This document shows positions 26,401-35,171 of a stretch of 35,171 nt of DNA, one piece after another. Both the position numbers and the translations under genes were made by a program. Under the pieces are notes generated by a model. The model saw only the letters and a program-made list of their open reading frames with translations. It ran no database searches and was not told the DNA's origin. Source of the DNA: a virus (lineage: Duplodnaviria > Caudoviricetes); IMG/VR virus record IMGVR_UViG_3300020161_000951, positions 1 through 35,171 of that record; one strand, 5' to 3'. The first letter of the stretch is position 1. Every line of letters begins with the position of its first letter.

Positions 26401-27118
26401 TCGTGGTGAATTTGATAAACAGATAAGTAGGGGTATTGCTGTTCCAATAAATCAAGAATTAGCATCAAATTATCGTGTCAGTGCTGCACAGCTTTGGATG
26501 AGATATGATGAAGAAAATTTTCCACTAGTTCCAACTGAGTTATTTGAGATTAATTATAAAAACGATAAGATTAAATTTTATATGGTTGCGGATAGCGAAA
26601 AAGGAAATAGAGCAAGAATCTATGCAAAAAGCCAAAACACTGGCTTAGACTTCAATGGGTTGTCATATTTTTGGAATGGATCATTAGTTAGAGAGCCAGT
26701 CATAACTGTTAAAGAGTGGGGGGTTCTTGGAATAGCATTTTCTAATGCCCTAAATCTTGACCTATATCTAGGGGGAATTAATTTAACTGGACCAATGCTA
26801 TTTAATAACGTTGGATATTATCAAGCCAACAACTTGCAACAGATCCAAAGCACACTGGTTAGACCTTGGCTAAAGGTTAAGACTGATGGTATAACTAACT
26901 TTAACTGGCAATACTGGATAAACAACTTTACTTGGCAGGGCGTTTTAGTAATTGGAACCTCCAGCTTATATGGTGTAAACCCCGATGCTGTTTATAAAAC
27001 CTACCTTGGAACTAATAAGATTATTATTGATGACTCAGAAGGAATGATTTTTGATGCAGATAAGATAAAAATCTATACAGACACATCTTGGCAGACATCT
27101 GTCAAGGTTCCTGTCTAA
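23468..27118 (+). CDS. 1216-aa putative virion structural protein (beta-rich, LamG-like segments)
   Basis: Long ORF; HPLVLWALDD and YTVEFW motifs; lies upstream of the head genes; TGCTATAAT at 23450-23458. Confidence 0.65.
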   Translation: MSNPSNLYAEKIYSEHPLVLWALDDASDYISLISETQRNIQTQWTTTGGTSLVSTIDNEPFPDSITTRLRGTVPVGATGSVTSISSDLVNFSDLNSELATFCVGSYFYSNSAYIKSISIGYEYTDTTTSQIVQKLETFETTLFQNWAFISKTFETPNEYTNLRAVIKITYLTGGASSTDYEFYLNGITLGQWSEEFNTTSLGVTPSVFPSDIAITTTDKVIPASAYGISSDQGYYLVNNNALLAKNTSIPLVYGASGVTKLIPNTSGKPSLIVPGKGFLNEVGRYKEYTVEFWARINSDTVEPKRIFGPIVGSNGLYVESGFLTLVLGDSFASHFVGEWVRPMLIQIRIINNSATMILNGEEVISLTIDTANMELPSEIVNGDSQDWLGFYAYENVSPIEIDCVAIYSYQVPITVAKRRWVYGQGVLSPEGINSAYGGTSAFIDYPFADYTANYNYPGFAQWQQGAFDNLVTTSTVLTTPEYSLPEISTGSKTLNELYLDNQEIQEVASGLTVPNKFITFRPNNTWNSKQCYFNFPQFNLLKDQVRSVYAVFNTTDIGPESGTIQPQTLLKIYNSINGDFFIIRQEEDLIKYVLSSNGVEELLYTTANLQSGQLFSVGINLETITNKFGENLSSFFGTQNSLKLYVGGDEGEENTFTGKIYSVGLSTASNAAEIENYFDESGFVLFDDLSESGTTAETSTELINHTASYTLLPTEAYDKFFLDIGVSGYWQDYLPLSYFAQFVTNDVGNEFYDLDFLQFNIGYPSPDKLLESESIVENWTYSDLKNEYKNPVQKTYEQLGNILYTGWADYEDMLQKSAKYYEYDTTSASIRSYLTFQYVADGANALQDSFTITETPKSNKIIDMDEHAQWANTKFEIIDNTLIYPTKTVDFNDLAVVFHLEFNLRNTLTKPIKLSRLEFASQALSENSFNPIGTRFGLNLFPYKRSGIYYDYKSKNPFSIYKGSTPYLYLDRKSGIQVRGEFDKQISRGIAVPINQELASNYRVSAAQLWMRYDEENFPLVPTELFEINYKNDKIKFYMVADSEKGNRARIYAKSQNTGLDFNGLSYFWNGSLVREPVITVKEWGVLGIAFSNALNLDLYLGGINLTGPMLFNNVGYYQANNLQQIQSTLVRPWLKVKTDGITNFNWQYWINNFTWQGVLVIGTSSLYGVNPDAVYKTYLGTNKIIIDDSEGMIFDADKIKIYTDTSWQTSVKVPV

Positions 27119-27136
27119 TATGCTATACTTATGGTT

Positions 27137-27508
27137 ATGGATAATGAGATTCTTAAAAAAGTTGGCAATGTCCGACGCAAAGTAATTGAAAAAGACTACA
27201 ATTGGGGTCTTTACGTATACAAAAAGTCTAATGGTTCTTGGTTTACAGATGGCGAAGGAAGCATTCTAAATATAGAATCAATGCGTGGAGATATATCTAA
27301 AATATCAGAATTAAAAAAGGTTGCAATGCACTACGGTGATGATGGGGAAGGAAAGTGTGTTTTTGTTCCAGGACTTACCAGAATTAGTGAAGAAGAGTAT
27401 TCAGAACAACTAGATAGAATGAAAAATGGCTTAATCCCTTCTATGAATGATCATGGAGCTTGGGTTGCAGCACGACAAACTTATGATAAGTATGGTAGCG
27501 ATGAATAA
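27137..27508 (+). CDS. hypothetical protein preceding the portal
   Basis: ORF track; TGCTATACT at 27121-27129 favours ATG 27137. Confidence 0.7.
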   Translation: MDNEILKKVGNVRRKVIEKDYNWGLYVYKKSNGSWFTDGEGSILNIESMRGDISKISELKKVAMHYGDDGEGKCVFVPGLTRISEEEYSEQLDRMKNGLIPSMNDHGAWVAARQTYDKYGSDE

Positions 27509-29099
27509 TGAATATGTAAGTGTTGGACTCAACACTCAAGAAAAAGATGAAAACATTTTTGCTTCTCAAGATCCATTTAATAAATCTTGGGATAATTTAA
27601 AAGACTATTCAGGTCTTAATCAAAACTTCCGCAGAAAAACTGCACGGAATGTAACAAAGGCAATTAATACTGCAACAAATGCATATCTAGATTCAGCTAA
27701 TGCAACACCAACAGGGGTAGATGCTTCTTCAAAAGCTATTAATCCTGGAACGGTATATCGTAATGGTTATGGTTTGTTTGATGTTATTACTCCACCATAC
27801 AACATGTATGAATTAGCTAACTTTTATGATACATCTTTTGCCAATCATGCTGCTATTGATGCAAAGGTAGAAAACGTTGTTGGCCTTGGATATTCATTTG
27901 AATTAGCAGATAAAACAATGCTTAGGTTTGAAATGAATGATGACCAGGCAGCAGTTGATCGTGCTCGTCGTAGAATTGAAAGAATGAAACTTGAGCTTAA
28001 AGACTGGATAGAAAATCTAAACGATGATGATTCATTTACAAAAACAATGGAAAAGTTTTACACAGATGTTCAAGCTACAGGAAATGGATTCCTAGAAATA
28101 GGAAGAACAATAACTGGAGAAATTGGATATCTTGGCCACATTCCAGCAACCACAGTTCGTGTGCGTCGTCTTCACGATGGCTTTGTTCAAATTATTGGAA
28201 ACTCCGTAGTTTACTTTAGAAATTTTGGGGCTAAAAATCCAAATCCAATGACAGCAGATGCTCGTCCAAATGAAATCATTCATTATAAAGAATATTCTCC
28301 ATTAAACACATACTATGGAATTCCAGACATTATTGCTGCCCTTCCGTCCTTGATCGGTGATCAACTTGCATCTCAATACAACATTGATTATTTTGAAAAC
28401 AAAGCAGTTCCAAGATATGTTGTAACTCTTAAAGGCGCAAAGTTATCTTCTGACGGTGAGGATAAGATGTTTAGATTCCTTCAAACTGGTTTAAAATCTC
28501 AGTCACATAGAACTCTCTACATTCCTCTTCCTGGGGATACCGATCAAAACAAAGTTGAGTTTAAGATGGAAGCTGTTGAAAATGGCATTCAAGACGGTTC
28601 ATTTAAAGAGTATCGTAAACAAAATCGTGATGATATTTTTATTGCCCATCAGATGCCTATGTCTAAAATTGGTGGATCTGAAAGCTCTGGCGTTGCTGCA
28701 GCTATTTCCCAAGATAGAACATTTAAAGAACAAGTTTGCCGTCCAGCACAAAGCCATATTGCCAAGGTAGTAAATAAGATTATTAAAGAAAAGACGGATA
28801 TTCTTGAGCTTAAGTTTAATGAATTCACTCTAACTGATGAGATTGCTCAATCACAAATTCTTGAACGTTACGTTAAGACTCAAGTTATGACTCCAAATGA
28901 GGCTAGAATTAAACTAGATCTTCCACAAAGAGCAGATGGGGATGAGCCTTTTGTAATGTCTGCACGTCAGGCAACTGACGCAGCAGCAAATCTTGCAGGT
29001 AACAGGCAACGTGATTCTGAAAGAACAAATAATAATTCAGACTCTACTACAACTGTTTCTGGAAGAAATGCACAGGGCGAAGGGAGAGCATCTCAGTAA
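27501..29099 (+). CDS. phage portal protein
   Basis: ATGNGFLE, YYGIP, YFENKAVP and MTPNEAR motifs; position before protease and capsid; start uncertain (27447/27501). Confidence 0.9.
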   Translation: MNNEYVSVGLNTQEKDENIFASQDPFNKSWDNLKDYSGLNQNFRRKTARNVTKAINTATNAYLDSANATPTGVDASSKAINPGTVYRNGYGLFDVITPPYNMYELANFYDTSFANHAAIDAKVENVVGLGYSFELADKTMLRFEMNDDQAAVDRARRRIERMKLELKDWIENLNDDDSFTKTMEKFYTDVQATGNGFLEIGRTITGEIGYLGHIPATTVRVRRLHDGFVQIIGNSVVYFRNFGAKNPNPMTADARPNEIIHYKEYSPLNTYYGIPDIIAALPSLIGDQLASQYNIDYFENKAVPRYVVTLKGAKLSSDGEDKMFRFLQTGLKSQSHRTLYIPLPGDTDQNKVEFKMEAVENGIQDGSFKEYRKQNRDDIFIAHQMPMSKIGGSESSGVAAAISQDRTFKEQVCRPAQSHIAKVVNKIIKEKTDILELKFNEFTLTDEIAQSQILERYVKTQVMTPNEARIKLDLPQRADGDEPFVMSARQATDAAANLAGNRQRDSERTNNNSDSTTTVSGRNAQGEGRASQ

Positions 29100-29138
29100 T
29101 TGAGATATGTTGAAAATGTTTGGTATAATAGATAAGCT

Positions 29139-30458
29139 ATGAATATAAATAAAGGACATTGGGTAACTGATGGCGACAATGTTCGTCTTTCAATGCCTAT
29201 TGGAAAAGTAGATATTGAACGCCGTATGGTGTCAGGTTTTGCTACCCTTGACAATATTGATAAGCAAGGTGACATTGTAACAACCGAATCAAGTATTGAA
29301 GCATTTAAGAATTTCCGTGGGAATCTAAGAGAAATGCACCAACCATCAGCAGTTGGAAAGATAGTCTCATTTAAAGAAGATAGATACTTTGATCCAAATG
29401 ATAAGAAGTTTTATAGCGGAGTTTATGTATCTGCATACGTTTCAAAGGGTGCCCAAAATGCCTGGGAAAAAGTATTAGACGGAACATACACAGGTTTCTC
29501 AATTGGTGGAAACATTAAGTCTTGGGATGATGCCTACAATGAAGATATGGATAAGACAATCCGTGTAATTAAAGATTATGATCTTTTTGAATTATCTTTG
29601 GTAGATTCTCCAGCAAATCAATTTGCCAATATTGTTTCTATAGAGAAGAAAGATGGTCATAATGTGATTGACGGAATGCTTTCAAAAGTTGAAACAGAAA
29701 ATATTTTTTATGATGCAGAAACAGGAATGGTTATGGTTTCAGATTCCGAAATAGCAATGCATCCAGTAACACAAAAGCAAATGCAAAATATAGGGTTTGT
29801 TGAAAAGAATGATAACGAAAAAGTAAATATGATAAAGTTCTTAGTTGATAGTGCCAAAGGCATTAGCACAATTAAGATTACAAAGGAGGTTAGTCCTATG
29901 ACAGAAGCAACAGGAGCAGTATTAGATACTGTAGTTGAAGATGTTCAGGTCGCTCCAGAGGCACAACCAGTAGTAGCTCAAGAAGCTATTGCAGTCGTTG
30001 AGGAAGCAGCAGCAGTTGAAGAACTTGCAGTTGCTAAATCAGATGATGGTAGTGCAGATTCTTCTATTGAAAAATCAGAAGAGGGAGAAAAGGTTGCAGA
30101 CGTAAATGATGTAACTAAATCTGATGAAGTAATTGTTGAGGCAGTTACTGAAATCAAGAATTCTCTTACAAATGCCTTTGGCGATCTTGCAGCAACAGTA
30201 AAGTCACTACATGACCAAATTGCTGCACTAAGTAAATCTATTGACACTGTATCTGGTGAGGTTAAAGCCGTATCTGGAGAAGTTAACAATGTTAAGGGTG
30301 TCTTTAATGAGTTTGGTAAGCGAGTAGATGCCGTAGAGCAAGATACCGCTTTCCGCAAGTCTGGCGATCTAGGCGAGATCGTGCAGTTTGAGCCTACCAA
30401 GGCCCAAAAATCCCTATGGGGCGGTCGTTTCCTCAAATCAACCGACCTATTCAACTAA
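29139..30458 (+). CDS. HK97-type prohead protease fused to an acidic coiled-coil scaffold domain
   Basis: VSGFA...DKQGDIV, EMH, GFSIGG, ELSLVDSPAN; TGGTATAAT at 29121-29129. Confidence 0.9.
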   Translation: MNINKGHWVTDGDNVRLSMPIGKVDIERRMVSGFATLDNIDKQGDIVTTESSIEAFKNFRGNLREMHQPSAVGKIVSFKEDRYFDPNDKKFYSGVYVSAYVSKGAQNAWEKVLDGTYTGFSIGGNIKSWDDAYNEDMDKTIRVIKDYDLFELSLVDSPANQFANIVSIEKKDGHNVIDGMLSKVETENIFYDAETGMVMVSDSEIAMHPVTQKQMQNIGFVEKNDNEKVNMIKFLVDSAKGISTIKITKEVSPMTEATGAVLDTVVEDVQVAPEAQPVVAQEAIAVVEEAAAVEELAVAKSDDGSADSSIEKSEEGEKVADVNDVTKSDEVIVEAVTEIKNSLTNAFGDLAATVKSLHDQIAALSKSIDTVSGEVKAVSGEVNNVKGVFNEFGKRVDAVEQDTAFRKSGDLGEIVQFEPTKAQKSLWGGRFLKSTDLFN

Positions 30459-30486
30459 GATATAAAATCACTAGGAGGTGAACAAT

Positions 30487-31638
30487 ATGTCGGAACAAAA
30501 TAACAATCTAGAAAAGAACTACCCTGGATCAGGCGGAGCAGGCAATGAGATTAACTCTCAAGGCGGTTTCGTATCTGGTGGTGTTGGTAGCGCAACTGGT
30601 TTGGACTCTGCAGCAGCGTCTGTAGGATCACAACTCGGTAACACAGCAACTGCAGCTTTCGGTTCAACAACTGGAGCAAACGCAGTTAACCCAACAGGCG
30701 CAGCAGGTGGTATTCTAGCACCAGAACAAGCTCGTCGCTTCATCGACTATGTGTGGGATGCAACAGTTCTCGCCAAAGATGGACGTAGAGTTACAATGCG
30801 AGCAAACACAATGGAGATCGAAAAGGTCAACGTTGGAGAGCGTGTAATCCGTGCTGCTGCTCAAGGAGCACCAGACTACACAAACGCAGGTGCAACATTC
30901 ACAAAGGTAGAATTGACAACCAAAAAGATTCGTCTTGACTGGGAAGTCTCTACTGAAGCACTTGAAGACAATATTGAAGGCGGAGCACTTGAAGATCATC
31001 TAGTTCGCTTGATGACTAATGCATTTGCTAACGACATCGAAGACCTTGCCATTAATGGTGTAGGTTCAGGTGCAGACGCATTCCTTTCAATTATGCCTGG
31101 ATTCGTAAAGCAAACTCGTGGAACAGTCGGAAACGATGCTCACGAATATGCTGCAACAGTTACAGACGATAACTACACAACATCAGTAATGCAGGGCTTG
31201 CTTTTAGCAATGCCACGCAAGTATCGTGCACTTAAGTCAAACCTTAAGTTCTACGCAGGAACTGATGCATTCGCTGGTATTGTCCGTAACAACGGAACAC
31301 TAGCAGACGCTATTTCAGCAGCTTTCTCAGATCGCACTGGTAGCACACAAGCAAACCGTCAAGAATTTCTTGATGGAACTGCACAAACACTTGGCAATAC
31401 ACGCACAACCCGTGTGCTTGGTGTAGATGTTCTTGAAGTTCCTTATTACCCTGCAGGATATGTCGACTTGACATTCCCTCAGAACCGTGTATGGGGCTTC
31501 CAACGTGATATCACAGTAAATCGTGAATATCGTGCAAAGAAGGACACAATCGAATACACAGTATTCGTTCGCTTTGGTATCCAATGGGAAGAGCTAGATG
31601 CAGTCGCTTATGTCGACTCAGATAGTGCTGATTCCTAA
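30487..31638 (+). CDS. major capsid protein (HK97 fold)
   Basis: GGILAPEQARRFID and VSTEALEDNIEG motifs; RBS AGGAGGTG; high-expression codon bias; terminator follows. Confidence 0.9.
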   Translation: MSEQNNNLEKNYPGSGGAGNEINSQGGFVSGGVGSATGLDSAAASVGSQLGNTATAAFGSTTGANAVNPTGAAGGILAPEQARRFIDYVWDATVLAKDGRRVTMRANTMEIEKVNVGERVIRAAAQGAPDYTNAGATFTKVELTTKKIRLDWEVSTEALEDNIEGGALEDHLVRLMTNAFANDIEDLAINGVGSGADAFLSIMPGFVKQTRGTVGNDAHEYAATVTDDNYTTSVMQGLLLAMPRKYRALKSNLKFYAGTDAFAGIVRNNGTLADAISAAFSDRTGSTQANRQEFLDGTAQTLGNTRTTRVLGVDVLEVPYYPAGYVDLTFPQNRVWGFQRDITVNREYRAKKDTIEYTVFVRFGIQWEELDAVAYVDSDSADS

Positions 31639-31660
31639 GATTTAACCAATAAGTAATATG

Positions 31661-31696
31661 GCGGGTAGCGTAAAAACTACCCGCTTTATTCTTTTC
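31661..31696 (+). terminator. intrinsic terminator after the capsid gene
   Basis: GCGGGTAG-CGTAAAAA-CTACCCGC followed by TTTATTCTTTT. Confidence 0.85.
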
Positions 31697-31727
31697 TGGT
31701 ATAATTACAAATGAGCACTGGAGAATT

Positions 31728-32087
31728 ATGAGTCTAACAATAGAAGAGTTATCAACAAAGACCGTAATGGCATTAAAGGCATATGCCAAAAAAAATAATA
31801 TTGAATTGTTTGATGCAAAGACTAAACTTGAAATTTTAGAAATTTTAGCTAGCTGGATTCCACCAAAGCAAAAAGAAAAAATAGAAGAAGTAGAAGAAGT
31901 AGAAAAAACAAAAACTTTAATTAATAAGGTAGCCCTATATTCAGAAAGAAACCTACATATGGATAATTTAGGTGCTTTAAAGGTAGGTTACAATATAGTC
32001 TCAAAGGAGGCATCGGAAAAGTGGTTAACACACAGGTTGGTTAGAATTGCACCACCTGAAGAGGTATCCGCATACTACGGTAAATAA
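31728..32087 (+). CDS. small protein with Rho-N/HeH-like N-terminus
   Basis: ELSTKTVMALKAYAKKNNI pattern; RBS GGAG; TGGTATAAT at 31697-31705. Confidence 0.65.
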   Translation: MSLTIEELSTKTVMALKAYAKKNNIELFDAKTKLEILEILASWIPPKQKEKIEEVEEVEKTKTLINKVALYSERNLHMDNLGALKVGYNIVSKEASEKWLTHRLVRIAPPEEVSAYYGK

Positions 32088-32089
32088 TT

Positions 32090-33100
32090 ATGTCAACAAT
32101 TCTTCGCACCCCACCATATCCACTCTCTGTAACCTATTCAGTTCCAGATGAGTCCGCAGACTATATTCTTGTTATTGAAGATGTAGCAGAGCAAACAGAA
32201 CTTGAAGTGTTTATTAGCGGAGAGTCTGGACAAACATCTTCTTCAGAAGGAAAAATTGTATATTCTTTAACTGGAGATTTTGTAAAATATGATAAGTCTT
32301 ATGCCATAAGTATTTATGAAGATGCTGGATCATCTGGAGTAGACCTTGTGCGTGGAGATATTGTTGTTGAGGATAATTTAGAAATTGTTAGACCATATGT
32401 AAACCCAGCTACACTTGCTACCTCTGGAACAGCATCAGATATTGCCGCTTATACAGAATATGAAAATTTAGCAAGAATGATAATTGATTCTATAACTGGT
32501 GGATTTTATTATAATAGAACATACTTAGAAGTTGTTGGACAAGGAACTGACTATATACCGCTTTGGAAAAAAACACATAAAATTTTGAAGGCATATGAAA
32601 ATGCAGAGTTAGTTTACGACCTTACTGATACCGTAAATGGTCCAGCATTAAAAGAATACAATTACATTATTACTAAAGATAAAACTGCAATTACAAAAGA
32701 TCCAGTAGCATTTGTTGATTCTTTAAGCCGTGCAGAAAGAAAATATCCAAGAATACCTGTTGCACCTTCAGACTCAATTAGTTTATTTGATACAGAAGAT
32801 AGTGGCAACGTTCAGACTATTTTCCCAAGTGCAGCTTTTCCAGAAGGACTTGACTGCATATTTTTACTAGAAACTGGATATAAAGTAGTTCCAGTAGATA
32901 TTACCGATGCAACCAAAATGTTAATTGAAGATATTAAATGTGGCAAGCTAGACTATTACAAGCGGTATGTTAAGAACTATAGCACAGATCAATTTAAAAT
33001 TGAATATGATAAAAGAATGATAGAAGGCACTGGCAATATCATGGTAGATAAAATTCTTAACAAATACGTAGAAACGATTATCCGCCCAGGAGTCTTGTAA
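32090..33100 (+). CDS. putative head-to-tail adaptor
   Basis: Synteny; GYKVVPVDI and TGNIMVDKIL..Y adaptor-like motifs. Confidence 0.7.
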   Translation: MSTILRTPPYPLSVTYSVPDESADYILVIEDVAEQTELEVFISGESGQTSSSEGKIVYSLTGDFVKYDKSYAISIYEDAGSSGVDLVRGDIVVEDNLEIVRPYVNPATLATSGTASDIAAYTEYENLARMIIDSITGGFYYNRTYLEVVGQGTDYIPLWKKTHKILKAYENAELVYDLTDTVNGPALKEYNYIITKDKTAITKDPVAFVDSLSRAERKYPRIPVAPSDSISLFDTEDSGNVQTIFPSAAFPEGLDCIFLLETGYKVVPVDITDATKMLIEDIKCGKLDYYKRYVKNYSTDQFKIEYDKRMIEGTGNIMVDKILNKYVETIIRPGVL

Positions 33101-33549
33101 TGGATTCTTGCGAACAAACAGATTTCATGTATCCAATGAAGGCTGATATATATTATCCTATTATTAATCAAACACAGTATGGACAAGCAACTAAAACTTG
33201 GGTTTTTGATAGAACAATAATATGCAATGCCACAAGTGTTGGCGGTGCAGGAACTGAAGACATTAAGCCAGAAACATTTCTTCAATATGAGAATAAGCTT
33301 ATTGCTAGAACTAAGACTGATCCAAGAACATCTTCTAACAATTCTGAAAATGCTATAACTAATATTTTAGTAACTAATATTCGTAATGCTTATGACGAGA
33401 TGATTTATAAAGAAACAGCAGGTCCAAGATCTGGCAAAGGAACCATATACGAAATGGCAACCGTAGAACCATTTACTGGACCTTTTGGATCAGTAGAATA
33501 CTTTAAGATGCTCTGGCGTAGAACAGAGAATCAAACAGTGAGTGACTGA
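33100..33549 (+). CDS. putative head-to-tail stopper / head closure protein
   Basis: Synteny, size and TAATG coupling. Confidence 0.6.
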   Translation: MDSCEQTDFMYPMKADIYYPIINQTQYGQATKTWVFDRTIICNATSVGGAGTEDIKPETFLQYENKLIARTKTDPRTSSNNSENAITNILVTNIRNAYDEMIYKETAGPRSGKGTIYEMATVEPFTGPFGSVEYFKMLWRRTENQTVSD

Positions 33550-34226
33550 TGATAGCAAGAACTAATACAAAACAATTTGAAAAACAAATGACAAACATTG
33601 TCAATTATTCTATAGGCTTTCTAGACGGTATTCAAAAAGGAAAAGCTTTATTTTTAAAAAATCTTGGTGAAGGAGTTATTGAAGCTTTAGCATCTTATAT
33701 AGATGTTTCTGCAAGGGGTAATCCAAATGCGTTGCATCATGTTTATGAATGGTATAAGGTAGGCAGTCCATCAGCCAGACTGTTTGATTTACAGTATAAA
33801 GTTAGCAACTCAGGACTAAGAATTAATTCAAGTTTTAGGCAGTCTAGAACATTACAAGAAGATGCTAATACCCCATTTTATAATAAAGCAAGAATTATGG
33901 AAGAGGGTCTTTCAGTTACAATATCACCTAAAAAATCATCAGTCTTAGTATTTAATGAAGGTGGCAAAACTGTTTTTACAAAAGGCTCAATCACTGTGAG
34001 AAACCCTGGTGGAGATTATGTTGAGGGATCGTTTGAAAATGTTATGGATGAGTTTATGCTAAAATATTTTAAACAATCATTTCTTAGAGCCTGTGGCCTT
34101 TATGACTATATCCAAAAGCCTACAGTATTTAAGAAAAATATTAAAGCGGGATCTAAAGCAGGTAAAAACAAGGGTATTGATACTGGATATAAATGGATAA
34201 TTAATGCAAAGATTGGTGTAGAATAG
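33549..34226 (+). CDS. putative neck / tail-completion protein
   Basis: Synteny; basic protein; TGATG coupling. Confidence 0.55.
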   Translation: MIARTNTKQFEKQMTNIVNYSIGFLDGIQKGKALFLKNLGEGVIEALASYIDVSARGNPNALHHVYEWYKVGSPSARLFDLQYKVSNSGLRINSSFRQSRTLQEDANTPFYNKARIMEEGLSVTISPKKSSVLVFNEGGKTVFTKGSITVRNPGGDYVEGSFENVMDEFMLKYFKQSFLRACGLYDYIQKPTVFKKNIKAGSKAGKNKGIDTGYKWIINAKIGVE

Positions 34227-34230
34227 ACAT

Positions 34231-34803
34231 ATGGCTTCTAACGTTAATTTAAATACTGGCTTCCCGCCAACCTTTCTTAATGCTTATATAAATAGTGAGC
34301 TTAAAGAGTTTGGCCTGGTTCCAGACGGACCTAATCCATTTCAACCTTTTTTCCCAGCACAAAGCCCAATAAATATAGAGGATATCTATAACGATAGTGT
34401 GTATATTAGAAATAACCCTAATGCCACTGTAATCATGTTTGATAGATTAATTAGATTTAGACCTAATGCTTTTTATAGAAATAAGCGTGAGCAGCTAGTC
34501 TATTTTATATATGCCCCAGATCTGACTAACTTGTTTGATGTAACCAGAGTAATCATTGAGTGTTTAGACAGAGAAGACTCTTCAGCTCAAGACATGAACC
34601 TGTGGCTTGCATCAAATGATATTTTAGACGAAAATGGTAATGTCATTACCCCTAACGTATATTTCCATAATACTAAGGTTTACCAGGCAGATGAATCACG
34701 GGATATAGCAGAGCTGGCCTCAGCCAGGACACTATTTCTAAATAAGCTGGTCATTGAGTATGACTATCACACCACAGATGCGGTCAACGCCAGATATACA
34801 TAA
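34231..34803 (+). CDS. putative tail terminator
   Basis: Acidic ~190-aa protein directly before the major tail gene. Confidence 0.55.
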   Translation: MASNVNLNTGFPPTFLNAYINSELKEFGLVPDGPNPFQPFFPAQSPINIEDIYNDSVYIRNNPNATVIMFDRLIRFRPNAFYRNKREQLVYFIYAPDLTNLFDVTRVIIECLDREDSSAQDMNLWLASNDILDENGNVITPNVYFHNTKVYQADESRDIAELASARTLFLNKLVIEYDYHTTDAVNARYT

Positions 34804-34877
34804 AATGGTGTTATAATTAAGTTGAGGAAACAAACGCCAAAAACTTAATATCTATTTTTACAGAAAGAGGTGAATAA

Positions 34878-35171
34878 ATGGCATATAGTCGTGGAACGTC
34901 GTCCAACATTATCGTTGGTGCAGCAGCACTTTTCGTTGCAGACACAACCCTAGCTCCAAATACATTGGAGACTTTTAGCACTGAGGTATCATTCCGAGAG
35001 ACACTTTCAAATGATGCAGCATATACTAACGTAGGTTATACCATGAACGGTCTAGAAATGCAGTTCCAACCAGACTTCGGTGAAGTTCAAGTTGACCAAA
35101 TTCTTGACGTTGCAAAGCTTTACAAGCAAGGTATGCAAGTTAATCTTGCAACTGCTTTTGCTGAAGCTACC
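34878..35171 (+). CDS. major tail (tube) protein, truncated at the window end (MAYSRGTSSNIIVGAAALFV...VGYTMNGLEMQFQPDFGEVQVDQ...)
   Basis: Hand-translated; RBS AGAGGTG; TGTTATAAT at 34809-34817; GYTxxG siphovirus tube motif. Confidence 0.8.
   Translation, partial: MAYSRGTSSNIIVGAAALFVADTTLAPNTLETFSTEVSFRETLSNDAAYTNVGYTMNGLEMQFQPDFGEVQVDQILDVAKLYKQGMQVNLATAFAEAT

Noticed and set aside
1-35171. tRNA genes, integrase, terminase, alternative genetic code
   Set aside because: No cloverleaf or T-loop motifs and no integrase or terminase motifs were recognised; genes read through normally with TAA, TAG and TGA as stops.

Overview
AT-rich fragment of a large tailed dsDNA phage genome in the standard genetic code. 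A freshwater actinobacteriophage-like siphovirus is inferred from gene order, a class II RNR, an SLT-like lysozyme and leaderless promoters. 1-1650 holds divergently transcribed tiny early-type genes, several Cys-rich, driven by full -35/-10 promoters with CRP-like, GACAC-containing and DnaA-box sites and a structured leader. 1750-21250 holds accessory virion genes: Ig-like adaptors, a collagen-like protein, fibre proteins, a GT32 glycosyltransferase, and two paralogous FN3 proteins ending in 43- and 56-residue (Pro)Pro-Phe-Phe repeat tails. The first of these FN3 genes is followed directly by a nine-gene enzyme cluster: six 2OG-Fe(II) prolyl-hydroxylase-like dioxygenases, two DUF6065/dUTPase-fold-like proteins and one SDR. 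21410-35171 holds NrdJ, a 1216-aa virion protein, portal, protease-scaffold, major capsid, neck genes and the start of the major tail protein. The best candidate for an undescribed system is a phage-encoded post-translational modification pathway acting on the PFF-repeat tails of virion proteins. All family assignments come from motif recognition by eye; no searches were run.
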